NCBI RefSeq assembly: GCF_006345805.1
Contig: NC_043003.1
Location: forward strand, 80,662,001-80,726,000
Length of the DNA: 64,000 nt
DNA from: Octopus sinensis
Lineage: Eukaryota
Direction of reading: 5' to 3'
The notes beneath the pieces were generated by a model that worked only from the letters and a program-made list of their open reading frames with translations, did not search any database and was not told the DNA's origin. Position 1 is the first letter of the stretch; each line of letters begins with the position of its first letter. Shown here in pieces: positions 1 to 12,139 of this stretch. A program made the position numbers and the translations under genes.

Positions 1-449
1 GAAGGTATGAATGTAAGTGTGTGTGTCTATTTATGTGCGAGTGTCTGCACATATATATGTATTTTTATTCAGCGGCAGCCTATATTTCAACGGTAGTTTT
101 GTTTTCGGTTGTGTGCTTTTATGTATACATATACAGGAAATTCGGTTTGGGAAATTCCATTTTCTCTCTGGCGCCGCAGTAAAATGGACTCCCTGTGTGC
201 CCTTTGCTTGGATAGAATTGAAAAACCAAAGATTCTACCCGAAGGAGATTAATATACAGAAAATATTTCATATTTAACGGAAAGTAAAATTTTGTACAAG
301 ACCATCTCAAAGTACTCAACGTAGGTCTAACAAATAAATCGAAACAGCTAAGTATTATTGAAAGAGAACATAATAAACTTCGATAAACTTGATAGGTTTT
401 AAGCAAAATGGCACACTCCTTGTTTAAATGAACAACTTACTCTGACGGA

Positions 450-1665
450 TACTAAGTCATCTTTCAATCAAGTTTTGTGGCGCCGTAGATCAGAGCTAAA
501 TCGTCCGAATCTAGTGAGAACTCTAAAGAGTTGCTCAGTGTCATTACTTAGATTCTCGGCAGCTTTTGTAGATTGGACAAAAACTGAATTAGGAAAGCTA
601 GAGAGAAGAGCCATGCAGGAATTCAATATGAATCCACACAAGGGCAGATATAGCAAGATTATATTCACCTTGAAAGGAAAGCGGATCAGGGTTAACATCA
701 GTAGAAGACTGCGTGCGGTTAGCTAGAGCAGATATAGACTCCTATATATGTTATAGTGAAAAAAGTTTATTAAAAGCTGCTAGATTCACAGAAAGACATA
801 GGAAACAAAAACAAACGAAGTTAAAAACCAGAAAAGACGAACAGAAATTATACGACTGTCTGGAGAAGGAGTTGCATAGTAGATTCTCAAAGATAGTTGC
901 AGAAAATACTAGTAGTGAGGCATAGCTATAGTTGCAGAAAACAAAAGCTGGGGAGACATAAAGTTTGTTTGTAGCAGCACAAGATCAAATGTTAAGGAAT
1001 AATTGGATAAAAACCATGATTGACTACAATCAAGTAGACTCCCGACGTAGGTTATGCAAGTCAAAGGAGAAAAGCGATACTCATACAGTAAGTAAATGTA
1101 GCATAGTGACATAGAAAGAATACAAGAAAAGACAACCTAGAGAGAGTAATCGACTGGTGGTTCAGTAGATAACTAGGATTTGAACATACTAAGAAATGGT
1201 ATGAACATAAACCTAGTAAAGTAATACAAACTCAGAAATACAAGAAATTGTAGAACTTAAACATTAAGACTGACAAAGTGATAGAGCTAGAAGGCCTGAT
1301 TTAGTAGCAATAGTATATAAAGAGAATGGAAAATGACAAATAATTGACTTTACAGTCAGTAATCATGAACAAATCAATATGAGATGTATAGAAAAAGTAG
1401 AAAAGTCAGGACCTAGCCATTGAAGTACAGAGACTATGGAAAGTGAGGGTAAAATGTATCCAAGTACTTATAGGTGCATTGGGAACTATCGCTAAAGAAT
1501 AGAACAGATGGATAGAAGATAGAGGCATACAAATCAGTTCAGTACGGCTGCAGAAAACAGTAGGACAGCTAGGATGCGTAGGAGGTCTCTTGACATCTGA
1601 AGTTACTTGTTGTAGTCCGAAGTTAGGATATTTTTTCCAACAGTCTAGTCTGTTGTGTGTATATG
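450..1665 (+). mobile_element. R4/Dong-type non-LTR retrotransposon, degenerate 3' portion (RT thumb, CCHC remnant, restriction-like endonuclease, 3' UTR)
   Basis: Manual translation across stops and frameshifts gives SELNRPNLVRTLKSCSVSLLRFSAAFVDWTKTEL, EKELHSRF, AAQDQ, WYEHKP, RRPDLV..IIDF, QDLAIEVQRLWKV..VLIGALG. The element ends in an AAT/GAT tail. Confidence 0.85.
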
Positions 1666-1782
1666 AAAATAATGATGATGATGATGATAACAACAACAAC
1701 AGCAATAATAATACCAACAGTAACAACAACAATAATAAATTATTATCATCATCATCATCATCATTATAATAATTATTATTAT
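1666..1782. repeat. Compound trinucleotide microsatellite (GAT/AAC/AAT switching to TAT/CAT)
   Basis: Direct reading. Strand polarity flips near 1740. Confidence 0.95.
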
Positions 1783-2175
1783 CATTGCCTTTGCACAGCT
1801 TCTAACGCTGGAGATATACTACAGTATCAGCTGTTCACTAGCAGTGAACTAAGGTAACACCTCTTATTTTTCGAGCACCTTCAGGAGTATTCGAGCGATT
1901 CCAAGCAGTGCTGTTTTCTGCAAGTCTTCCATCCTAATTGCAGACCCTATTTGGTCCACGTACTTCTCCAGATTTTGCTCACTGTTTCCAGGGCTCTGAC
2001 AATTATTGGTACTACTACTACATTTTTCATCAGCCTCACCTGCTTAACTTTCCAAGCGGCCCTGTCATATCTCTCGACATTTCTTTCTTCCTTATCGAAT
2101 ACCCTGTTGTCAGCTGGGCATGCTATATCTGTGATCCAGCATAGTTTGTTTACTTTCTCAATTAAAACTACATAT
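1783..2175 (-). mobile_element. R4/Dong-type LINE 3' end (endonuclease C-terminus and 3' UTR)
   Basis: Minus strand reads KLCWITDIACPADNRVFDKEERNVERYD..VVVVPIIVRALETVSK..LQKTALLGIARILLKVLEK*. Confidence 0.85.
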
Positions 2176-2189
2176 GTCTCAATTAAGAC

Positions 2190-2202
2190 TATATATATAT
2201 AT

Positions 2203-2277
<75 letters not shown>
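2190..2277. repeat. (TA)n-(GA)n microsatellite
   Basis: Direct reading. Confidence 0.98.
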
Positions 2278-2280
<3 letters not shown>

Positions 2281-3525
2281 GAAGGAGAGTGAGATATGCG
2301 CTATGATATTCGTCAGTGTTTCTGTCTTCCAAAATCACTTTATATAATCTGTCGTCTCGGGTTGATAGAAGAAACAATTTGTCGGAACACGGTCATGAGG
2401 GACTCAAACGGAAACTCCACAAACCCCGCGACTACATACCAAGATTCTATGATTGATTTATTACGAATACTTATTCTTAAATTATACACAGAATAATAAT
2501 TCAATGCACGTCATTTCTGTATTCATACTTGATTTTGAAATTCTCAGCAGATTATTTTCAATGGCACACTTGGAATATCTAAATATAGACACTAAGAATT
2601 GTATGATCGTCTTGAAGTAGGGAATATGCCAAAGACGATAGTCCACAAGACGAATATCTTCAAGGTATTTAGATTAATTTTAATATTTTCTGAGCTCCAG
2701 TCTCTAGAGATTGTCATTGCGTTTCATCCTTACTAACTCGAAGGCATGACCTCTCCGCTCAATTACATCAAAAGAATTCAGCCACAGTATCCATACCATG
2801 GAGACAAATTTACAAATCGAATGGTTCACGATGGATAACGCTTATCATCTTTTTAACACACACAATAATCGTACATATATTCAGCATACCTGCATTGAGG
2901 GATGTGTGTGTGTGTTAGAGTGTGTATTGTGTGTATTGTGTGTGTAACCTCGTATATGTATGCATATGAGTGTGTATAGATGAATTCTCGTGGGCATGAG
3001 AATTGTTTTATGCTTGCACTTATGTGTATACTTGCGTGTATATATACATACATAGATATACATACATACATATATACATACGCGTATATATATATGTATT
3101 CACACTCATTCACACACACACACACGTATATATATATATACACATACATACTCATATATATATATATATCACATAAGAATAAGTTATATACAATAAAAGT
3201 TTTTGTTCTTTATTTCCGTCAGCACATGTAGAAACAGAAACGACACAATATTTTGAACTTTAGCTCTTCACCAGAGGAAACAAGACGAACGTGAAAGGAA
3301 ATTCGTTCTGCCTCTCATTAATTTTTTCATGGTACTTCTGTATTTATAACCCCTTCATTCGGATATTTAACTTTGAACAATTCAACTTTGTTTCCTGATA
3401 TAACTACACAACTGAAGTACCATTTCGGATAAGCATCGGGTTACCATTTTAAGATTACTACCCGCTAATACACAGGATCCATTTTCTTTAATTAAGATAG
3501 TACATTTTTAGTCAAATAATGTGGT

Positions 3526-3885
3526 GCCAGATCCGCATTCGTGCGCCTCCAGTGGTGCCTGTGGGACAGAAGAGAGATCTTCTCGGTGACCAAAGGGCGA
3601 ATCTACCTGGCCGTCGTTCGTACTATCCTCCTCTATAGTTGTGAAACATGGCCTCTGAGAGTAGTCGATTAGCGAAGGCTGGAGGTATTCGACAATGACA
3701 GTCTCTTTCGCATTCTTCGCTGCCGACGCATTGATCGGGTTCCTACAGCAGGTCTTCGTCATCGCCTGAATCTCTGGCCCCTCCCTTCGTTGCTTCTACA
3801 ACGGCGCTGGAGGTGGTTCTGTCATGTGGCCCGGCGTCCAGAGGGTGAGTTGATTCGCGATGTCCTCCTCCCACCTCCACTTCCC
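3526..3885 (+). mobile_element. RTE-clade LINE fragment (RT C-terminal/thumb region)
   Basis: Reads ARSAFVRLQWCLWDRREIFSVTKGRIYLAVVRTILLYSCETWPLRVVD*RRLEVFDNDSLFRIL..RWRWFCHVARRPEG, a typical RTE post-RT region with one stop. Confidence 0.85.
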
Positions 3886-4024
3886 ATACATAGAGACTGC
3901 ATATAAATACAGATATTTTGAGGAAATTTTGGTTTTATTTTAAGCTTTCAATTCTGTTGAATAGTGGATTATGAGTGTATCAGCAATGTTTTAAAGTATA
4001 TTCGGTGTATAGTATTGTTCACGA

Positions 4025-4188
4025 TAATGATGATGACGATGACGACGATCATGATATGATGAAGATTGTGGAGTTGGTGGAGGTGATAAATTAACAACAC
4101 CAGTAATAATAGCAAATTTAGTAATAATAATCAATAATTAATAATAATAATAATAATGATGATGATGATGATGATGAGGATGATGATG

Positions 4189-4262
<74 letters not shown>
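4025..4262. repeat. (GAT)n/(AAT)n microsatellite
   Basis: Direct reading. Confidence 0.97.
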
Positions 4263-4263
<1 letters not shown>

Positions 4264-6295
4264 GCAAAGCTATTTTTTCGAACTAACACAGACAGAGTGA
4301 ACAATTCATAATTTTAAAAATGCCTAAAAATACTTTACCCGGAGATAAATCTATCAACAAAATATACAGTCTAATATAGCCATAAGAAGCTACGTTACGA
4401 GCAATGTTTACATGCAGAGAACTCGGAGACAGTGTTGTCTCAAAAAATTAACCTTAAGCAAACAAATCCGTGCCCTAATGTCAACCTCCAAGGTCGCCAT
4501 GCCTCAATGATAACAAAGCAAAATTCAAATTGGATTGGTCATCGACCGGAACACCAAGGGCGACGTACTCGAATGATAAATCAGATTCGATACAAGAAAT
4601 GAGCTACTGGTTCAAATGTTCCCGAAACATAGAAGCTGGAAGTACCACACAACCGGAATATTCCAACAGATGGCCACCCATGCTTGTCATCAAATAACCA
4701 AAAGAAAAATAATAAAAATGGTCTAGGGGAGGTAATAAAGAAGTTTCTACCATGCCATATACATCTTCACAAATAAATCTAATACTGTACAAAGCTCCTT
4801 AAACTCGGGACAGAAACCTCTTGAAGTAAGACCCTATGTAGACAGTAACAAACTTGCCAACGTCACACGAAACATTATGAAAAGGAAATTACTAACTGAA
4901 GTCGAGATTGATCAAATTAAACAATCAGTAAGGGATAAAACGAACGAAGTTGTAGCTAAAGAAGATACTACAGAGGAAATAATTATAGACCAGCCCAGGG
5001 TTGATGAAAATGCAATAATGATTGAAAGACTTAATGTAGCTGATAAGGCAAAGAGAAATACTCTGAACCAACCATAAACACTAAGGCAGATGAAAATCAA
5101 ATAGATGAAGAAAATCACACACAAATTGACCCAATAGAACTACATGATCTAAAAAATCAAATCATGATTGAATGGCTTAAAATTAAAGAAAGCAATATCA
5201 ATGAACGCGACACTCTCCCAAAAATTCACAATTCTAACCAAAACCTGAAAATAATCGGTAAAATCCGCCTTGCACTTAAGGACATAATTTCAGCTAATGA
5301 TGTTGATATTACAGATCCGTGAAAATCTCAACGATTCTATGTGGTGAAGAGATTAGTAAACGAGAAACGACAACATTCCCACAAAAAGCCTTCTTGGCAG
5401 GAGCGTATTCAACACCAAATTGAGCTACTTAGTTCTGACAGAATGTTTTAAAAAAACCATAAGTTTGACAAGACTATCAAATCTGCAAAAAAACGAAAAT
5501 TAAAGAAAAATTATGCTATGAAAACCATATTGAACATTGATACCACCATAGAAACCATCAAACAAAAGGTATGTGCTAAAGCTGCTCCCATAGCAAGGTA
5601 TGGAAAGTGCGTTAGATTCTTCAGGGACAACATGTTAAAAAATAACACCAAATTTGTTTTCAGGAAGATAGGGAAGATACCAGTTACTGTAAAGTCTGTC
5701 CCATCAAAAGAAGTGCAGAAATTTTGGAATAAAATTTGGGCAGAAGAAAAAACATTCAAACTGACAGACAGATAGATGCAAATAAGCCAGACGTTATATT
5801 GAAAGACTTCAGACAAATGTCAAGCCTCCTGATTGATATGTCCCAATCGATATAAAAGTATCTGTCAAGACCTACCGAAAACTGAGCAAATATAAGGATC
5901 TTGAAAAACAAATTGGCAAAATGGGGAACCTGAAGACTAATACAATACCTGTTGTCATAGGTGCCCTATGAATGATAGTAAAATGGGCTGATTGCTACCT
6001 AGCTTAGATACCAGGAAACCCAAAAATGACAGAAATTCAAAAGATAGTACTCATGGGAACTCACTTAACACTTAACCTACATAAAATACTGTTTATGTAA
6101 TCTCAAATTTTAAAACAATCTCATAACTTTCTTATGTTTTCTTAAACATTATATAGAACAAAACTATGTACAAAATCAAATATATGACAACCTAGGCATA
6201 ACACCAACATGAATTTCTAACTTGTTGTCTCTTGAGGTTTCTGGGTTAGACTTGGAGCCAACTTGCACAAATACAAAGCAAAAGTCAAACATATG

Positions 6296-6352
<57 letters not shown>
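4263..6352 (+). mobile_element. R4/Dong-type LINE with N-terminal ORF region joined directly to the endonuclease/3' end (RT missing), (AAT)n tail 6297-6352
   Basis: N-terminal motifs KWSR..NKEV, SNKLANVTRNIMKRKLLTEVEI, KKPSWQERIQHQIELL, ETIKQKVCAKAAPIARY..FWNKIW. These are followed from about 5757 by QTDRQIDANKPDVIL..LIDMS..SKYKDLE..TIPVVIGAL..EIQKIVLMGT. Confidence 0.8.
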
Positions 6353-6354
<2 letters not shown>

Positions 6355-6707
6355 TGTGCTGCCCAAGAACAAGCACAAAAAACAAAGTAGATAAAATACG
6401 GAATAAACAACATATAAGAAAGTGATGTGCAGAATCTGTGGACAAAATGTTGAAACTGTATGGCATATTACGCGCCAACGTACGCCACTAACCCAAAAGG
6501 AATATAAGAGACCCCACGAAAATAAAGCATTGGACACTTCACAAAAAGTATGTACTTGACAGAGCAAAAAATTGGTACGACCACAAACGCGAAGGCATCA
6601 TCGAAAATGATAATGCAAAGATCCACTGGGATTTTAGGATTCAGTGCGACCATGAGATAGAGAATACGAAGCCAGATATAGTCTTAATTCAGAAAGAAAG
6701 CAAACTA
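6350..6707 (+). mobile_element. R4/Dong-type LINE fragment (CCHC zinc knuckle to start of endonuclease)
   Basis: ICAAQEQA..CRICGQNVETVWHIT..QKEYKR..WYDHKREGIIENDNAKIHWDFRIQCDHEIENTKPDIVLIQKE. Confidence 0.85.
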
Positions 6708-6965
6708 GGCTACAGAAAATATTCTGCTCGATACTACGGATTTGCTTGTCAATTGCTTGACCTTAAGGAGTTGAGCATGGCACTTAGTGGCTGACAATAA
6801 GTGCATCTTTCATCATGAGCAGAAGTAGTGGAGAAGCATCATAGCCATGTGTTGAGAGAAATTATTTGGGATTTGGATAATTCACCCTTGGAAACATGTG
6901 TGTTTCATTCATCATCCTTAAACAACCGTTATTCAGGTAACTTTTGAGCGGGATGGGTTACTCAT
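6708..6965 (+). mobile_element. Unclassified interspersed repeat 'family U', partial copy
   Basis: Aligns by eye with copies at 7037-7372, 16885-17195 and 17355-17900. Confidence 0.75.
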
Positions 6966-7036
6966 CCCGATGATGGGTTACTCATCATCATCACACATTC
7001 ATCATCATCTTAATTGTTATTATTATGAAATAAATG

Positions 7037-7372
7037 TCAGTGACTCGCGTGGCTTCTGATCTTAACTGATTGGAAGCGTTAACATGTATATGATTTTTTC
7101 TTGGTATAAAAGATGAGCTACAGCAAATATTCTGCGCAATAGCTCAGATTTCCTATCAGTTGCTTGATCTTCCTCATTTGTGTATGTTCCTTAGTGTCTG
7201 ACGATACGTGTATCTATGACTATGTGCAGGAGTAGTGCTGGAGCATCATGGTTATGTGTTCAGAGTAATTTTTTGAGGTGTGAATAATTCGCCGCTGGAA
7301 ACAGGAGTGTTTTGTCTGTCGTCCTTAAACAACACTTATTCAGGGAACTGATGGAAATTCTATCTGGGCCCA
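7037..7372 (+). mobile_element. Unclassified interspersed repeat 'family U', partial copy
   Basis: Shared motif GGCTTCTGATCTTAACTGATTGGAAG..GCTACAGCAAATATTCTG. Confidence 0.75.
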
Positions 7373-7479
7373 CCCCAAAAGAAAATAGACAGAGAAACCT
7401 GGTGGAAAAGTCGAAAAAATAGGAGAGACAGACCGATTGCGAAAAGGTCTTGCAAGGTAGAGATTCGTAACCACGGGAA

Positions 7480-8035
7480 TGCCATAAATTCTTGATTTTA
7501 TGAAGCAATCTAAAGAAAGTACCGACTTATACAAAAAGGATATAGGGGTGTAATGTGTGAACTAAAACAAATGGAAAAATTGAAGACTGCCAAGATAAAA
7601 AGATACAAGGGCTTGATTGAATGGCATCTACCAAATAAATGGGGGTGTTTCAGTGAACGTACTACCTAATACGGAAGAGAAAACGGAATTCTGGAGGAAC
7701 ATATTAAGCCACGAAGTGAAGGATAATGGTGATGCAAAATGATTAAAAAGATAAAGGTAAATAATGCAGATTTGTCACAGTAGAGAACATAGAGATCATC
7801 GGACAAAAGTCATTAAATATTTTGAAAAGGATGCTAACTTGGAAATCTTCTGGACAAGATTTGTTTCGGGGATTTTGGCTAGAACGTATCACTGCGTTTC
7901 ATGATACAATGAGAACATAACTAAATAATTGTATTGAAACAGGCGATATTCCTGAATGTGTGACGAAATGTAGGACAGTTCTCATATTGAACGATCAAAT
8001 GGAAAGAAATACAGCAAGCAACTACCGACCCCAAA
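7480..8035 (+). mobile_element. R4/Dong-type LINE fragment (region leading into RT)
   Basis: LKQMEKLKTAKIKRY, EFWRNIL, MLTWKSSGQDLFRGFWL, LNNCIETGDIPECVTKCRTVLI..ASNYRP. Confidence 0.8.
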
Positions 8036-8072
8036 TTAAGTAGATAGATAGATAGAAAGGTAGATAACTATG

Positions 8073-8104
<32 letters not shown>

Positions 8105-8135
8105 ATATATAATATATATATATATATCTATATAT

Positions 8136-8177
<42 letters not shown>

Positions 8178-9811
8178 CCGAAAGCTGAACGGTTATCTCC
8201 CTTACTCACAGCAATAACAATAATAACGATAACCAATTACTTCCCTTTATTCATCTACTTGTGAAATCATTCGCTCGTGAATTTCATCATACACAACATT
8301 GACAAAATTTCTTCTCAAGAAAACATACATATTCAAATAAGTAAAACATAATATCATGAATAGCGATAGCGAAACCGGTCGATGTATTAAAAATTATATT
8401 AAAACTATGTAAGTGTGCGTATTTTCTTTTCTTAATTTCCTACATACATTACAACTCACCACGTGAGGATAATCGAAAATCTTCTTTCCTGTTACTGCTA
8501 CTAGTACTATCTATATATATATATATAATACTTATAATATCATTTATGTGTGTATGTGCATGTGCGTATGTGTGTATATTGTCTGTGTGTGTAACTCTGT
8601 ATGTGTGAGACAACTAAATCACGTAGGACAATAAAATACACTGTAGGCAATATAGTATAAGATTTACAAAACGATAAGATTCGGATTTGTGGAAGAACTT
8701 TAATTATCGTTCTGTAATATCAGCTTTGAAGTACAGCTAATAACAACGAGTACTAAGTAGGTATGTTTTCACTATAAGATCATATAAGTATAATTGTTGA
8801 TTATCTGTGGAAACATATTTTTGATGATTCTGAAGGCTCACGTGACAAGTAGCTTGAAAATATTTATTAGGTTACAGAGTACAGAATTAGAAATCTTATC
8901 AGTCAAATAATGACAATATTATTGTAGATTACCAGAACAAATGATCGATTATAGATCATTATAGGAATAAATAAGCCTGCTATAATTATGCTTGAAAATC
9001 GGTATCTACACGATCACGTATATGCAGCCACACATATATTTATATATTTCAATCCACAAACAAAAGCACTCTCTCACCGATATGCACCCACCCACCCACA
9101 CACATATATATATATATATGTCTATATATATGTATGTGTATATATATATGTATATATATAATTATATATATTCAATAATGTAAATAATATATAAATATAT
9201 GTATATATACATACATATATGTACATGCCTACATATATATGTATATATACATGCATATATGGGCACAGGGAATCAAAACAACGTTGAATACAAAGAGAAA
9301 CGAAAACATAAAAACAAACACATAGAAAACGAACTTTTTCGAACAACGAAAAAAAAACAGAGAAATGAAACATGCAACATAAAGACAATTCTTCTTCTTC
9401 AGTTGTCCTTGCTTCATCTACTCCGCGTTTCGAAATAGGTCTTTATATGTGTATATATACATATATGCATATACATACACATACACACGTACAGATGCTC
9501 ACACGCATCGAGCACGCACGCACAACACACACACACACACACACATGGGTGAATACACGTCGCGCACACACATATACACATATAGAGAAAAGCTCCTCTA
9601 ACTGACTCGGTTAACAGTGCATATAGAAGTCCTATACAAACTGCTCCTACAGCTGAAATCCAGAAGATCTCATTGATGAAATTATTTTATTGAAAGCATA
9701 TACTTGAAAATGTAGATACTTAGATAAGTCTCTGCCAGAACTGGCGCAGTATATATTTAACATAACAGTAGCACACTCACACACACAACACACACACACA
9801 TATATATATAT

Positions 9812-10015
9812 GTAGGTGTGGCTGTCTGCTAATTAGCTTGCTTACCAACAACATGGTTCAAGGCCCAGTCCCACTCCATGGTACCTTGGGCAATTCTCTC
9901 CTACTATAGCCTCAGGCCGACCAAAGTCTTGTGAGTGGATTTAGCAGGCAGAAACTGAAAGAAGCCTGTCGTATCTATATATTTATATATATATATATAT
10001 ATTATATATATATAT

Positions 10016-10047
<32 letters not shown>

Positions 10048-10277
10048 ATATGCATATGTGTGTGTGAATGTTTCTTTGTCTGTGTTCGTTCTCCCACCAT
10101 TACTTGACAACCGATGTTGGTGTGTTCACATCTCTCTTAGCTAGCAGTTCGGCAAAAGATATCGCTAGAATGAGAACTAGGCACGCAAAGAATAAGTCCT
10201 GATGTCGATTTGTTCAACTAAAGGCGGTTCACCACCATGGCCGCACTCAAATGGCTGAATCAAATAAAAGAATAAAA

Positions 10278-10280
<3 letters not shown>
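9812..10280 (+). mobile_element. tRNA-derived SINE 'family A' (CORE-like domain, internal TA/TG microsatellite)
   Basis: A-box-like TGGCTGT.. and B-box-like GTTCA..CC head, CCTTGGGCAA CORE-like segment, and multiple homologues in the window. Resembles described octopus tRNA SINEs. Confidence 0.85.
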
Positions 10281-10310
<30 letters not shown>

Positions 10311-10844
10311 AAAGAGGATGTGAAAATGCAGATGCCTTTTAAAAATATCTTTAAAAAACCTCTACATTTTAAAGCCCTCTTTCCTATGTATTTTCACTCG
10401 TACGGTACCTTGCAAATTAACTTTGTTATATATATTGGACAAAATGAGATAACAAAGCCGAGGCCGTGAGGAGTTTTCAGGACATTTATAAGGAAAGAGA
10501 TATAGATATACTCTTACGGCTTTTTCTGGGATATTATGGATATCAGTTCATCAGAGACGATATGAGATGGTTAAACCGAGGTAAATATATGAGTTCGAAA
10601 TAAGGAATTATTATGGAAAAGGAGGAGATAGGGAATATAGACGGAAATGAGAGTAAGCAGATTGTGATTAAAATCGAAAGTAGTCGGATTAGAATCATAT
10701 CTATATAACTTAATATGTTTGCTTCCCAACTACATGGTTACGTGGTCCGTCCTACTTCGACGCACACTTGGCAAGTGTTTTCTACAATACCCACGGGCCG
10801 GCCAAAGCCCTAGGGGTGTGTCTGTTAGACCAGATCTGTCTGTT

Positions 10845-11143
10845 GGACTCCCTATCTTCGATGGGTTCCCCAGTATGAGTGTTTCAGCGTATGCCGAACG
10901 AACAACACGAGTGACTTGTTTATGGTGATCAAACGTTCGTGTTGTATGTTAGCTCACTCTCCCTCTATGAAATTTCTTTGCCTGAACAGAAGCACTGAGT
11001 ACCATGCGTCAGGTGTCGAAGTGATCGTTGAGCAGTGTGAGATGACGTGTTTTACACAAGAACACAAGGCACTACCAGATCTAGCAATTGAAACCACGAT
11101 ATCGCGGTCGCGAGTGCAACACTCTAACGACTAGGTCATGCAC
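10845..11143 (-). mobile_element. tRNA-derived SINE 'family C', degenerate (preceded by a family A head fragment at 10715-10840)
   Basis: Minus strand begins GGTGCATGACCTAGTCGTTAGAGTGTTGCACTCGCGACC..GGTTTCAATTGC, a tRNA-like A/B box head. A homologue lies at 29470-29725. Confidence 0.65.
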
Positions 11144-11268
11144 CATCATCATATATATATATATATATATATACACATACACACACACACACACACACTC
11201 ATATATATATATATATATAATTGAAATGGATAAATGAATTATCTTGTACGGATTATTCCCTTCACTAA

Positions 11269-11299
<31 letters not shown>

Positions 11300-11305
<6 letters not shown>

Positions 11306-11616
11306 ATATATATATAAAAATATTAGTGAATACATCCAAATTACCAGGGAAAAATCATATTAGGATTAATCGATTTATAGTAAAATATTATAAAATATTA
11401 TTCGAGACAAAACCACTATTTTGCAAAACAAACAAGGAAAGACTTAATTAATTACTTCTTAAATTTGACACTGAATTATTGGAAGTCCACCTGAAGATTG
11501 TCGATCAAGACAAGAAACGATTGTAGTGGCGGTTTTTTTGACTATTTATTAAAATTTTATGTATTAATTAAGTCTTTCCTTGTTTGTTTTGGCAAATAGT
11601 GGTTTTGTCTCGAATA

Positions 11617-11624
<8 letters not shown>
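11300..11624. mobile_element. Short non-coding element in inverted (head-to-head) arrangement carrying a hammerhead; Penelope-like pseudo-LTR-type
   Basis: 62-bp inverted arms (11391-11452 and 11563-11624, 2 mismatches), hammerhead in the spacer, flanked by (TA)n on both sides, homologous to 59740-59935. Confidence 0.65.
11487..11529 (+). ncRNA. Minimal type I hammerhead ribozyme
   Basis: CCAC-CTGAAGA-TTGTC gatcaa GACAA-GAAA-CGATTG-TA-GTGG: all core nucleotides present, 4-bp stem I, 5-bp stem II, predicted cleavage after A11525. Confidence 0.8.
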
Positions 11625-11657
<33 letters not shown>

Positions 11658-11680
11658 ATATATTATATATACATACATAG

Positions 11681-12045
11681 GTGCAGGAGTGGTGTGTGCT
11701 AAGTAGCTTCCTTACCAACCACATGGTTTCGGGTTCAGTCCCACTGCGTGGCAACTTGGGCAAGTGTCTTCTACTATAACCTCGGGCCAACCAAAGCCTT
11801 GAGTGGATTTGGTAGACGGAAACTGAAAGAAGCCCGTCGCATATATGTATATCAGTGTGTGTGTGTGTTTGTGTGTATGTGTTTGTCCCTCCCAACATCG
11901 CTTGACAACCGATGCTGGTGTGGTTACGTCGCCGTAACATAGCGGTTCGGCAAAAGACACCGATAAAATAAGTACTAGGCTTACAAATAATAAGTCCTGG
12001 GGTCGATTTGCTCGTCTAAAGGCGGGGCTCCAGCATGGTCACAGT
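11681..12045 (+). mobile_element. tRNA-derived SINE family A, near full length
   Basis: GCAGGAGTGGTGTGTG..GGTTTCGGGTTCAGTCCCACTGCGTGGCAACTTGGGCAAGTGTCTT..GGGGTCGATTTGCTCG..CCAGCATGG. Confidence 0.9.
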
Positions 12046-12059
12046 ATAAGAGTAAAGTG

Positions 12060-12139
<80 letters not shown>

